From contig JACPKP010000006.1 of assembly GCA_016186955.1 (NCBI GenBank), positions 4,055 through 68,054 on the forward strand: 64,000 nucleotides of DNA, read 5' to 3'. The notes under the pieces were generated by a model. The model searched no databases and was not told where the DNA came from. It saw only the letters and a program-made list of their open reading frames with translations. Shown here piece after piece: positions 55,311 to 64,000 of this stretch. The stretch comes from Candidatus Daviesbacteria bacterium. GTDB lineage: Bacteria; Patescibacteriota; Microgenomatia; Daviesbacterales; UBA10151. Positions within the stretch are counted from its first letter, which is position 1. Each line of letters begins with the position of its first letter. A program made the translations under genes and the position numbers.

Positions 55311-56618
55311 ATGGCTTCCAGAATTGAAAAATGGCTTAAAATTGACAAATCAATACCACAAAGGATTGCTGTGTTAGAAAGTAAATATGCTGAGCTTTAT
55401 GGTAAAAACCCCCGCAACCATACAGTCTTTCTGACGCCGGGAAGAGCTGAGGCTTTGGGAGGGCATACAGATTATAATGAAGGTTTTACAATCTCCGCCA
55501 ATATCCCGCAAAACCTGCTTATTCTGGGTGAGGCAAGAGAGGATAACATAGGTTTGGTAAACTCCTTAAATCAAGACAACTCAGTTATTCCTTTTACGGT
55601 TGATGGAAAAAAACTTATTCTGGAGAAATCAAATCCAGGAGATAAGGATGCATGGTCAAATTACATTAAAGGGGTTGTTTGGGGCCTGTTAAAATACGGT
55701 ATACCGCTAAAGGGTTTTAATGCAGTTTTAGAAAGTACTATCCCAACAGGGGCGGGCGTCAGCTCTTCTGCTGCCATAGAAGTAGCTGCCGCCAAGCTTG
55801 CAGTTGGCTTATCCAAGGCAGAAATAACAGACCTGGAACTTGTTAAGGTATGCAGGGAGGCTGAAAACAGTTATGTTGGAGTCCCATGCGGATATTTGGA
55901 CCAGGCAACGATCACTTTATCCGATGGCAACTGGCTTTTTATAAGCCACAGAGCAGATGAAAATCTGCCGTTTACCTTTAAAAATATACCTTTGGATTTA
56001 CAAGCCCTAGGCCTGTCTATGGTGGTCGGGTTTGACCCGGAAATCAAACATATCCTCACAGAAGGTAAATTTAAAGCCCGGAAAAAAGCATGCGATTATT
56101 CAATCTTGATACTCCAAGAGCTTTTAGGAGAAAAGGTTGTATCTCTGCGTGATGTTTCCCCGAAAAAACTCCAGCCCTTCTATAACAAACTGTCCGGTAA
56201 GCTTGGGGAAAGAAGAGCCAGGTGGATCAAACATATTGTTGAGGAAAATGAACGCGTCAAAAAAGCGGCAAATGCTTTAATAAAAGGGGATACAATAACC
56301 ATGGGAAAACTGATGACAATTGCCGGGAAAAGCGCAATTTTCGGTTATGAGCTTGGTGAAGATACCGATGAATTGGGATTTGTTTATAACCTAGTTGTCA
56401 AAGAAAAAAAGGCTTGGGGAGTCAAAGGCATCAGGAATATGGGAGGGGGTTTCAACCCGACAACTATTGCTTTGATAGAAACGGACAAGGTGGAAAGGTA
56501 TAAGGAGTCTGTTTCAAAATATTATCAGGCGGCTTTCAAAAGGGAGTACCGGCTATTCGATTTTATACCTGCACCAGCTACAGTAAGGCTTAAAATGGAT
56601 TCATTGGAAAGGATTTGA
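55311..56618 (+). CDS. GHMP-family sugar kinase, galactokinase-like
   Basis: PTGAGVSSSAAIEVA is GHMP motif II, with N-terminal GRAEALGGHTDYNEG as in GalK. Confidence 0.7.
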   Translation: MASRIEKWLKIDKSIPQRIAVLESKYAELYGKNPRNHTVFLTPGRAEALGGHTDYNEGFTISANIPQNLLILGEAREDNIGLVNSLNQDNSVIPFTVDGKKLILEKSNPGDKDAWSNYIKGVVWGLLKYGIPLKGFNAVLESTIPTGAGVSSSAAIEVAAAKLAVGLSKAEITDLELVKVCREAENSYVGVPCGYLDQATITLSDGNWLFISHRADENLPFTFKNIPLDLQALGLSMVVGFDPEIKHILTEGKFKARKKACDYSILILQELLGEKVVSLRDVSPKKLQPFYNKLSGKLGERRARWIKHIVEENERVKKAANALIKGDTITMGKLMTIAGKSAIFGYELGEDTDELGFVYNLVVKEKKAWGVKGIRNMGGGFNPTTIALIETDKVERYKESVSKYYQAAFKREYRLFDFIPAPATVRLKMDSLERI

Positions 56619-57332
56619 TTTCCCCTTAGCGCCTGTGACTTCTTCTGATTCTATAATTGGAGTGTTTTTCTGGAAATTTTTAATTTGTGCAAGCAGGGCT
56701 TCTTCATCTGTAGAAAGCGATGAAACAGGCTGGTCAATATTCCCAATACTGGTGGGCACACCCTGATAAAAAGCAGCCAGTGTGAGCGTAACCTGAATAT
56801 TATTGGAAGCCCTCCCTCCGGTTATGTCCAATTGGTTGATTTTCATAACACGGGCAGCATCCTTGACCTTTAATATAAATTCTTTTAGCGCACTTACTTC
56901 ACCGGTGGCTGTTATATTAATCACATAATCGGAAATTTTATCACTTGAGGGTTGTGCATTGCCGGATATGGCAAAATTCATATCATCAAGCTGCATTTTA
57001 CTGCTTTGTAATAAAAACAACAGCTGGTTGGCTGCACCCGGGACATCTTTTTCAGCAGGGACAGCAGCCAAAGCTAATTTGAAATTATCCTGATATAAAG
57101 CTTTATCAGTTTGCCTCAAAATATCCAGTTTTTTACTTAAAGTGTCATTCCTGATATTTATATCTTTTATCAGTTTATTGGTTTCGTTTAAGGATTTAAT
57201 ATGGGGTACAATAATTAAAATGATTAAAATTAAACACACCAAAGCAGAGAAAACAGGCACTACCATCACCTTGTACCGGGACAGTGCGGGGTTTGAAAAA
57301 ACTTCACTCAACTGTTCTTTAATCCTATTCAT
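56601..57332 (-). CDS. type IV pilus assembly protein PilO-like
   Basis: Single N-terminal TM segment plus a coiled coil, placed after pilN. Confidence 0.55.
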   Translation of the reverse strand: MNRIKEQLSEVFSNPALSRYKVMVVPVFSALVCLILIILIIVPHIKSLNETNKLIKDINIRNDTLSKKLDILRQTDKALYQDNFKLALAAVPAEKDVPGAANQLLFLLQSSKMQLDDMNFAISGNAQPSSDKISDYVINITATGEVSALKEFILKVKDAARVMKINQLDITGGRASNNIQVTLTLAAFYQGVPTSIGNIDQPVSSLSTDEEALLAQIKNFQKNTPIIESEEVTGAKGKSNPFQ

Positions 57333-57892
57333 GTTTTGGCCTTTGCACCGGCTAAGATAATTGTTAAATCGAATCTGATATTGCCATTTGCCCCCCTGCT
57401 TAGGTTATCAACTTTGGCTGCAGCTATCTTACCTTCGTTTACCGAAGAGTCTGTCAGGTTACCAAAAAAAGTTTCCAGGGCCAATATGTTGGTCGTATCA
57501 CCTGAAAATGAAGTCTGCCCGTTTTTTCCTATACTAAAAGTTAACATCCTGATATCTGCCGGCATTAAAGCTACAATCAAATTAAAAGACTGTGGCGGTA
57601 GTGAATCCTGCTCGTTCAAAGAGCTGATGCTTTTCAACCTATTTTTAAGCACAAAGCTTAGGATTTCTTCTTCGTGTAAAAAACTGACCTGTTCTTTGGT
57701 ATTGTTTAATTTCTTTTCTGCTTCAGATAATTTTAAACGCTGGTAGATTTCCATCCCTAAAATTGTGGCGCTCAAAATTATTGTCAGAACAAGAAACAAT
57801 ATGGAAATCCGTAGTATTTTTTTTCTACTGACTTTTTCTTTAATTGAAACACCTATCTCCGGAGGCAGAAGATTGATTGAAATATTTGCCAT
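57329..57892 (-). CDS. type IV pilus assembly protein PilN-like
   Basis: The INLLPPE motif at the N-terminus is a PilN hallmark, followed by a TM helix. Confidence 0.65.
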   Translation of the reverse strand: MANISINLLPPEIGVSIKEKVSRKKILRISILFLVLTIILSATILGMEIYQRLKLSEAEKKLNNTKEQVSFLHEEEILSFVLKNRLKSISSLNEQDSLPPQSFNLIVALMPADIRMLTFSIGKNGQTSFSGDTTNILALETFFGNLTDSSVNEGKIAAAKVDNLSRGANGNIRFDLTIILAGAKAKT

Positions 57893-58930
57893 TTATATTT
57901 GTTTTAAAGCTAAACCCACGGCTACTGAATAGAGTGGGCCTTCTGTAGCCAGTTTACCTTTTAGGCTGGGGTCTATATTTATAGTAGACCAGGGGTCAGC
58001 TTCCTGAACTTCCAATTCTAAAACACTGGTGAAATACCTGACTAACCCGGGTAATTGTGAACCACCCCCTGTTAATACCACCCTTTTGACAGGTATCTGG
58101 CGGTTTTGGATCTCATGGGCCTGGATGACCCTTTTGCCTTCTGCGGCAATTACATCAATAATCGGCCTTATTATCTGGAATAGTTTCCCCTCAAGCTGGT
58201 CTTCCAATAAACCATAAACTTTTTTATATTCTTCTGACTGGACTAGCTCAAAATTAAAATTTTGGGCGATGGCCCGGGTTAAGGCATTACCCCCGGTTGA
58301 AATTGACCTTGTTAAAAGTATCAGGTCTTCCGAGACAATTGCATAATCAGTGGTGGTTGCCCCCAGTTGAACTAGCAAAGTAGTCGGGGAATAAGGGTTA
58401 GTGCTGATCAACGATCTTGTTGCCGCAATGACCTCAGTCTCAATCACTACAGGTTTAAGTTCAGCTATCCCTAAAACTTTTAGGTATTTGTTGACTAACA
58501 TTTTAGAGGAGGCTATAACAAACACCACTGTCCTGCTTTTGGGCCCTTTTTGCGGAGAGCGGAAAATAACCTGGTAGTTTAGATTAACATCCTGCACCGG
58601 CATAGGCACAAACTCCTCAGCTGCAAAACGGATTGCCTGGCCAAGCTCATCATCAGACAGGTAAGGCAGGTCGTAAATCACCCGGGTAAAGATTCTGGAT
58701 TCAGGAAGGGCAATAATTACATCCTTGGTAGGCGCTTTTACTTCACTAACTAGGTTTTTGATGGCATTGGCTACAGCCTCTAAATCCAAATCCGAATCTG
58801 AAACAATACCCGGAGATGGTGATACCACATGACCTAAAGATACCAGTTTCTTATTTTTACCATCAGTTGACAGTACTACAACTTTTATGGAAGAGAAACC
58901 GATATCAAGCCCCATGGTTATTTTACCCAT
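57893..58930 (-). CDS. pilM: type IV pilus assembly ATPase-fold protein PilM
   Basis: Actin-like fold start (GLDIGFSSIKVVVL). Length 345 aa. Placed upstream of pilN. Confidence 0.7.
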   Translation of the reverse strand: MGKITMGLDIGFSSIKVVVLSTDGKNKKLVSLGHVVSPSPGIVSDSDLDLEAVANAIKNLVSEVKAPTKDVIIALPESRIFTRVIYDLPYLSDDELGQAIRFAAEEFVPMPVQDVNLNYQVIFRSPQKGPKSRTVVFVIASSKMLVNKYLKVLGIAELKPVVIETEVIAATRSLISTNPYSPTTLLVQLGATTTDYAIVSEDLILLTRSISTGGNALTRAIAQNFNFELVQSEEYKKVYGLLEDQLEGKLFQIIRPIIDVIAAEGKRVIQAHEIQNRQIPVKRVVLTGGGSQLPGLVRYFTSVLELEVQEADPWSTINIDPSLKGKLATEGPLYSVAVGLALKQI

Positions 58931-58977
58931 ATATCCATTTTAAACATAAATAAACCAAAAGATCAAACGGGATTTTT

Positions 58978-60792
58978 TTACTTTTTGATTTGGTAACTGC
59001 CTTTAACCAGGGTATAGCTGCCTGAAGGGCCGGCGGAAAAAAGGGTAGAAGCAAGGCCTGTTTCATATTCAATTATGGAGCTGTTTAGGACCTTTATCTT
59101 CCAACCGGTTAATTCTTTAAAAGTATTGCCTGTCCCAGGCTCTATAATACCATTATTGGCATAAAATACCCCTGAATTACCATTACTGTTAAATTTTATG
59201 GCTGAGATACCATTGGTCCTGGAATCATAGGTTGACAGCGCCATTACTAAGCTGCTTCCCTGGCCTGTCCCGTTTAAGTGGTTGTTGCTGTTTAAAGTTA
59301 TTATTCCTCCGCTTGAAGCATCACCCACAACTATAACCCCTGATGTTGTACCATAGCTTGAAGCAAGTGTAATAGTATTATGGCTGTCCATAGTCAGGTT
59401 ACCTGTAATCCATATAGGTGTGGTAATTGTGACATTACAGTTGCTACCCAAGTTAACACTGCCTACTATTTTTCCTGAAGCAAGGGTTGCAACACATCCT
59501 ACATCGCCAGTTCTTGTCTCAACCGCTGTAGCCTGGTTTTGCCATTCAATTATATTGGCTTCCGAAACTGGAAAAACCTTGGGCGGAGGGTCATCATATC
59601 CGGGATGTGACGTACCTGCTACAGTAGAATCAGCGATTGTTTTATAATAAGCATCACCCCCTATATCAGAACCTATAATTGTATTGGCATGTGCATTGCC
59701 TCCCACATCTATCGGTTGTTGCGGGTTTTCGCCCTCAAGTTTTGTAACTGACCCTCCCATATAGGTCTGAAAGCTTAAATCCCCGCTGAACGCATTCCAG
59801 GTTGGGTTGCCTGTATTCCAATTCGGGGACCATTTCGGCAAACCCCTGGTATAACCCTGGGCAATATCATTTTGCCATGACCAGTAATTAGAATTATTAG
59901 AGCTGGTGTCTAAAACAATCCAGTAGGTTGTTTCTGCAGTAAGTTTAGGGAGGGAGTTGAAAGTAACCTCTATCCAGCCGTAATCACCGGTAACCAAATT
60001 ACTATATAAACTTCCTGACGTTAAAACGCCGTTTTTATCCGGGCGCCCGCCTTGGTCTTCCATGATCCTAACTGTTATGTCCGGCGGATTGCCGAATTTT
60101 TTAATTTTTATCAGTACTTTATTGATGACTTCTGTAGTAGTCGGCTTAAAACTCTGAGCGATATCCAGCCTGTCATCACCTGAAACATTTTTCCCGAATA
60201 TAAAATCAGCACAGTTGGCCCCAACGCAATTCGGCTGCTGGTCCGCCTGAGGCTGAGTCCCTCCGGCAACCCAAGCATCACCGGTGATAACATTGTTATT
60301 GCCGGCTTCTATATTGCCATTTGAGTAAATCGACCCGTTGATAGTATTTGAGTTGCCCATCTCAAACCCCCCGGCGCCTATTTGCACCCCGTAAACAAAA
60401 GCTACCCCGATCCCCCTGGAAGCTTCAGCCTTAACTGTTTTCCTGCTTTTCGGGTTTGTTTTATTGGGTATATAACCGGTCGACTCAACTACTTTTGTCA
60501 CACCATCTGCTTTGGTGGTAATTATTGTGATATATTCACCGTCTCCAAAACTGATCCCGTTGGAACCGGTCCCTGAATAAGACCCGCCTGTTGTATTTAT
60601 CGAAGCTATGGCCTGATCCATCCCTGCTTCAGCAATATTTAAGGCTTTTTCAGAATTAATCGTATAGGTTGCATTCTGAAAGTAGAGCGTTGAACCGGCT
60701 ACAATCAGCAAGGTACCTAAAAATACAATCGATAAGGCGATCAAGGCCAGCACCAAAATTTGTCCTGACTGTGGATGGTTGTTCATTTTCAA
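58978..60792 (-). CDS. large secreted or pilus-associated protein (604 aa) with an N-terminal hydrophobic anchor and a Gly/Asn/Thr-rich beta-rich body (PilX/PilY1-like candidate adhesin)
   Basis: N-terminus QSGQILVLALIALSIVFLG (pseudopilin-like without Glu5). Located at the head of the pseudopilin operon. Confidence 0.4.
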   Translation of the reverse strand: MKMNNHPQSGQILVLALIALSIVFLGTLLIVAGSTLYFQNATYTINSEKALNIAEAGMDQAIASINTTGGSYSGTGSNGISFGDGEYITIITTKADGVTKVVESTGYIPNKTNPKSRKTVKAEASRGIGVAFVYGVQIGAGGFEMGNSNTINGSIYSNGNIEAGNNNVITGDAWVAGGTQPQADQQPNCVGANCADFIFGKNVSGDDRLDIAQSFKPTTTEVINKVLIKIKKFGNPPDITVRIMEDQGGRPDKNGVLTSGSLYSNLVTGDYGWIEVTFNSLPKLTAETTYWIVLDTSSNNSNYWSWQNDIAQGYTRGLPKWSPNWNTGNPTWNAFSGDLSFQTYMGGSVTKLEGENPQQPIDVGGNAHANTIIGSDIGGDAYYKTIADSTVAGTSHPGYDDPPPKVFPVSEANIIEWQNQATAVETRTGDVGCVATLASGKIVGSVNLGSNCNVTITTPIWITGNLTMDSHNTITLASSYGTTSGVIVVGDASSGGIITLNSNNHLNGTGQGSSLVMALSTYDSRTNGISAIKFNSNGNSGVFYANNGIIEPGTGNTFKELTGWKIKVLNSSIIEYETGLASTLFSAGPSGSYTLVKGSYQIKK

Positions 60793-61352
60793 TCGTTCCT
60801 TAAAAAAGCTTCTGTGGTAGCAATATTTTGCAGGATCGGCACACCTGCTTTTTGTTTTAGTGTGATGGAAATTTTAACCTTTGCTGCCGTGGTAGGGGGC
60901 ACTTCAGCTCCGCTGGCATCAAAATACTGAAACAATACATTATTTACATTAAAAGCCAGTATCTGGTCCGCAGCAGGCCTTTTGCTCACACTGTCCGGAA
61001 AAACTTTATATCTCAGTTTATCAATATCAAAATAATACAGCGCATAGTCATATGTATCCGGGATAAAGTTACCTGACGTATCCAGCGCCGGCAACTTCAG
61101 CGTTAAAACTTGGGCTGAAGTAGTGTATGTAGGCGAAGAAACAGGATATCCGGATGCTACACCACCCGAACCCTTAATACTGGCTTGTATGCTTGACAAA
61201 ACATTGTTGGCAGAAATCCCTTGGTCCACTTTTGAATTTTGCAGATAATAAAGACCGGTGTTTTGCACTATCAGCATAAAAGCATATACTCCTATTATTG
61301 CAATAATTGTGATAACAATTATTGTCTCAAGCAGTGTAAAACCTTTTTCCAC
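60789..61352 (-). CDS. type IV (pseudo)pilin, prepilin motif GFTLLE
   Basis: KGFTLLETIIVITIIAIIG is the class III signal. Confidence 0.7.
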   Translation of the reverse strand: MEKGFTLLETIIVITIIAIIGVYAFMLIVQNTGLYYLQNSKVDQGISANNVLSSIQASIKGSGGVASGYPVSSPTYTTSAQVLTLKLPALDTSGNFIPDTYDYALYYFDIDKLRYKVFPDSVSKRPAADQILAFNVNNVLFQYFDASGAEVPPTTAAKVKISITLKQKAGVPILQNIATTEAFLRND

Positions 61353-61353
61353 T

Positions 61354-61764
61354 TTAGTTTAACCCGTTCTCCGAGACCATAGTTTTTAAAGTTACCTTCT
61401 CATCCCGGCCGTTTTCCTGCCATGTTATGGTAACGGTAACTGCTTTAACCAATTCGCCTTGTGTACAAATTGCCGGGTCACAATCGCTAATTGACACCAC
61501 ACCGCTTCCGAAAGTAAGCAAACTCAACCTGCTGTCTGTTATTTGCTGATCACCATACGAAAGGTTGGGGTATTTTAGCTCCCTCTTTTCCTCAATCTGT
61601 TTTAAGGCAATCTCCCTGGCGGTGCTTAAATTACTGCTTTTACCAACCAGCCTGATTGAATTCGGCAGGCTGCCTATTAAAAACACTAAAAAACCTACAG
61701 TCACAACAACCAACAACAACTCAACCATACTGACACCCCGGTTATTTTTAAACTGATAGTTCAT
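61354..61764 (-). CDS. type IV (pseudo)pilin, motif GVSMVELL
   Basis: Prepilin-type N-terminus. Confidence 0.65.
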   Translation of the reverse strand: MNYQFKNNRGVSMVELLLVVVTVGFLVFLIGSLPNSIRLVGKSSNLSTAREIALKQIEEKRELKYPNLSYGDQQITDSRLSLLTFGSGVVSISDCDPAICTQGELVKAVTVTITWQENGRDEKVTLKTMVSENGLN

Positions 61765-62672
61765 TTTTTTATTTCACCGGTAGCGAAGATCGCATAATCA
61801 AAAAATAGGGGGATCATTTTGGCTTTATATACCTGAAGGGTTTTCTGGCTTTGGCCGGCTGTACCAATAGAAGTATAGATCGTAGCCTGAGGAGGCAGGG
61901 AACAATCACTGAATGGATCAGTAGTGCACCCCACACCAGGAATGATTGGCTGGACAGCTACCCTTTGGCTGTCATCAGCATAGAGGATACGCACCTTAAT
62001 GATCATTGGCGTCAGTGGCGACTGAGCTGAGAAATCAAAATTATACTTGCAAAGGAAAGACCTACTCGCGTCTGTTGTATTCAAGGAACTGGTGGTATTA
62101 ATCGGAGCAGGATTCGGGATAGCATCTGGCGCCTCACATCTGCTGAAACCATTTCCGCTTCTTGAAGAATCCGGGTCAACAAACTTTTTGACTGATTTGT
62201 ATATACCTGCACTATCCCTGTATATCAAGTTTATCTCTGCAGCAGGTACGGATGATGAGGCAGGGACGTTCCCAAAATAAACATCAACTTTGTTTTGTGT
62301 GTAATATGGGGCAAACGGCTGGTTGATATTGGCAAGCCAAAACTGGGCAACCTGATCTTTGCCGATGGGGGGGAATTCAAGCGCCTGTTTTGGCCTGGGC
62401 AAACTATCGGCAACTTTTACTTCTGCCTTTGACTGGTTCCCCAAGTCAAAACTCGGAATATTTAAAGGCAGGTCTCCTGCTTTTAAGGCTTTCTCAATCC
62501 CTGCCTCTGCCGCTGAAAAAGCCCTGGATGACTGCTCAGTTTGGGTTGATGTGGCAATATCAGTAATGGAACGCTGGGTAATGGTCAACCCGATGGCCAG
62601 CGCCACCAACATTGTTAAAAGTAAAACTATGACAATTTGCCCTTTTTTGTTTTTCATACCCGATACTTTCAT
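61761..62672 (-). CDS. PilX-like minor pilin (303 aa; no Glu5)
   Basis: KKGQIVIVLLLTMLVALAIGL N-terminus. Confidence 0.5.
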   Translation of the reverse strand: MKVSGMKNKKGQIVIVLLLTMLVALAIGLTITQRSITDIATSTQTEQSSRAFSAAEAGIEKALKAGDLPLNIPSFDLGNQSKAEVKVADSLPRPKQALEFPPIGKDQVAQFWLANINQPFAPYYTQNKVDVYFGNVPASSSVPAAEINLIYRDSAGIYKSVKKFVDPDSSRSGNGFSRCEAPDAIPNPAPINTTSSLNTTDASRSFLCKYNFDFSAQSPLTPMIIKVRILYADDSQRVAVQPIIPGVGCTTDPFSDCSLPPQATIYTSIGTAGQSQKTLQVYKAKMIPLFFDYAIFATGEIKK

Positions 62673-63316
62673 TTTAGCTGGACTGTTGTCTTAAAATCAA
62701 TAACTCCTGATCCACCAAGCTGGTTTTCAAACCCGGAACCAGCTGATACTGATGGGCCAACCTGGAATTGTATGGTAATTGCATCCTTATTCTGCCCTGA
62801 TTGGGGGATACTACTAAAACTGCCGTTTTGCACAGATACCCCGGCAGGTGAGTCATCAGTCAATTTAACAGGCGCTGAGAAAGTAAAATAATCTGTAAAA
62901 TCCCCCTCCGAATCTGTGCAATAATCCTGAAGAGCTGTAGGAGCCTTGATTGAATTAATAGAATTCTTAAAGATATAGCCGTTGACACCCGGACCCGGGG
63001 GGGCAAAAGAGTATCTTGAGGCCTGCCCTTTAGTTAAAATAACAATTTTACCGGGGGTCCAGCAAACCAGGACATCGGCATCCCTGAGCGCCTGGGTTAT
63101 ATTGTTTAGGGCCACCTGGCCGTTTTGGACAACTTTGCTAATCAGCCTGGTTTTATCACTACCCTTAAAAGTCCGCAACAACAAGTCTGTTAAGATAAAA
63201 CCGATCACCCCGATTATTAAAACCGCTATCAGCGCCTCAATAAGGGCAAAGCCTTTGTTAGTTTTTTTCATTTTGGAACTAAAATTCCGCCAGCACAGTA
63301 ACCAGGCGGGATTCAT
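62669..63316 (-). CDS. type IV (pseudo)pilin, motif GFALIEAL
   Basis: Prepilin-type N-terminus KGFALIEALIAVLIIGVIG. Confidence 0.65.
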   Translation of the reverse strand: MNPAWLLCWRNFSSKMKKTNKGFALIEALIAVLIIGVIGFILTDLLLRTFKGSDKTRLISKVVQNGQVALNNITQALRDADVLVCWTPGKIVILTKGQASRYSFAPPGPGVNGYIFKNSINSIKAPTALQDYCTDSEGDFTDYFTFSAPVKLTDDSPAGVSVQNGSFSSIPQSGQNKDAITIQFQVGPSVSAGSGFENQLGGSGVIDFKTTVQLK

Positions 63317-63803
63317 GCGTGCCAGTAGTATCTGTCCACTGGATCAAAACTGTAACTGTTTTCTGGCCTGGGACACCTGGGAGAGGAGCCTCACCGAGAA
63401 CAATTACCTGCCTTTTGAAATCCGTGCCTGAGATTGTCAGGGTTTCAGGCAGAACCTGGTAATTAAGCCATACTATGCTGGCAGGCGCGCCAGTGCAGGG
63501 TGTCCCTGAATCTTTCAAAATATACGTGCATGCGTTATTTACAGAAGGGCAACTTGTAGACCATAAATTACTCCACTGCAAGTTAGTGTCATAAGGCCCG
63601 CAGACTGCCAGGTTGCGCGACTTGATAGTCTTTACTTTTTCCATAGCCTCCTGCGCCAGCTTGGTAGCCTGGGTCTGGTTTCTGGAAAACTGGCTGTTCC
63701 GCAAGCCAATGATTGTAACTACTGTCAGGGCGGATAATACTACCGCCACCACCCCTGCAGTGACTGCAATTTCTAAAAGGGACTGTCCCTTTTGGTTGGT
63801 CAA
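63279..63803 (-). CDS. type IV (pseudo)pilin, motif GQSLLEIA
   Basis: Prepilin-type N-terminus. Confidence 0.65.
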   Translation of the reverse strand: MTNQKGQSLLEIAVTAGVVAVVLSALTVVTIIGLRNSQFSRNQTQATKLAQEAMEKVKTIKSRNLAVCGPYDTNLQWSNLWSTSCPSVNNACTYILKDSGTPCTGAPASIVWLNYQVLPETLTISGTDFKRQVIVLGEAPLPGVPGQKTVTVLIQWTDTTGTHESRLVTVLAEF

Positions 63804-64000
63804 TAGATTAATCCTCCTCTGTCAATATATACCTTTTGGGTCTTGTTATTTTTAGCATTTTTCAGTTCTACCCAGAAAGGGAAAAGTCCAGTGTAGGGTG
63901 CGCCCCGGCAAAGGAAATTGACTTGGGAGCCGGTAAATATGACATCATCCTGGTCAGTACCCGTCAATATCCCGCATTTATCCTCTGAAATGGTAACTTC

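Overview
This is a low-GC (about 35-40%) bacterial chromosomal window with compact, translationally coupled operons, minimal aminoacyl-tRNA synthetases, many small secreted or membrane proteins and type IV pilus genes. That profile resembles a Candidate Phyla Radiation-type genome, which is my inference only. All functions are assigned from motifs I can read by eye in the translations; no search was run.

Housekeeping genes include thrS, infC-rpmI-rplT, pheST, a class A PBP, an adenylosuccinate-synthetase-like gene, a complete F1Fo ATP synthase operon, a methylmalonyl-CoA-mutase-like catalytic domain gene, tyrS, recG, rpmF-nusB-acp-like-rnc-rpsP-KH-trmD-galK, and a pilMNO plus pseudopilin cluster. 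There are two tRNAs, Val-GAC and a class-I-like Tyr-GTA.

The accessory content is more interesting:
- A tRNA-Tyr-linked mini-island, flanked by repeated copies of the tRNA 3' end, carries a RelA/SpoT-type HD small alarmone hydrolase next to a 615-aa protein with a pol-beta-type nucleotidyltransferase motif. This may be a toxSAS/SAH-like or novel nucleotide-signalling pair.
- A three-gene surface module is tandemly duplicated. Each copy has a CxHGxGH-repeat secreted protein, a one-TM protein with a C-terminal NPF-repeat tail, and a Cys-rich protein with a Tyr/Pro-rich tail ending in QIIWDF. One copy also carries a Crp/FNR regulator; the other is split by an in-frame TGA at a 15-nt tandem duplication.
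- A 2.6-kb high-GC two-gene insert and two small high-GC cassettes with near-identical terminators sit in the low-GC background.
- Short palindromic elements are inserted in frame into atpD, atpG, atpA, pheT and recG. Heptamer tandem repeats sit inside pheS and recG. A TIR-bounded intergenic repeat of about 70 nt occurs in three copies.
- The atp operon is interrupted between atpD and atpC by a DUF433/DUF5615 toxin-antitoxin-like pair and three opposite-strand genes.
- A second toxin-antitoxin-like pair (HicB/HicA) is present elsewhere in the window.
- A duplicated tyrS 3' end flanks an inserted TrpR-like cassette with a palindromic operator.

No rRNA and no CRISPR array were seen.
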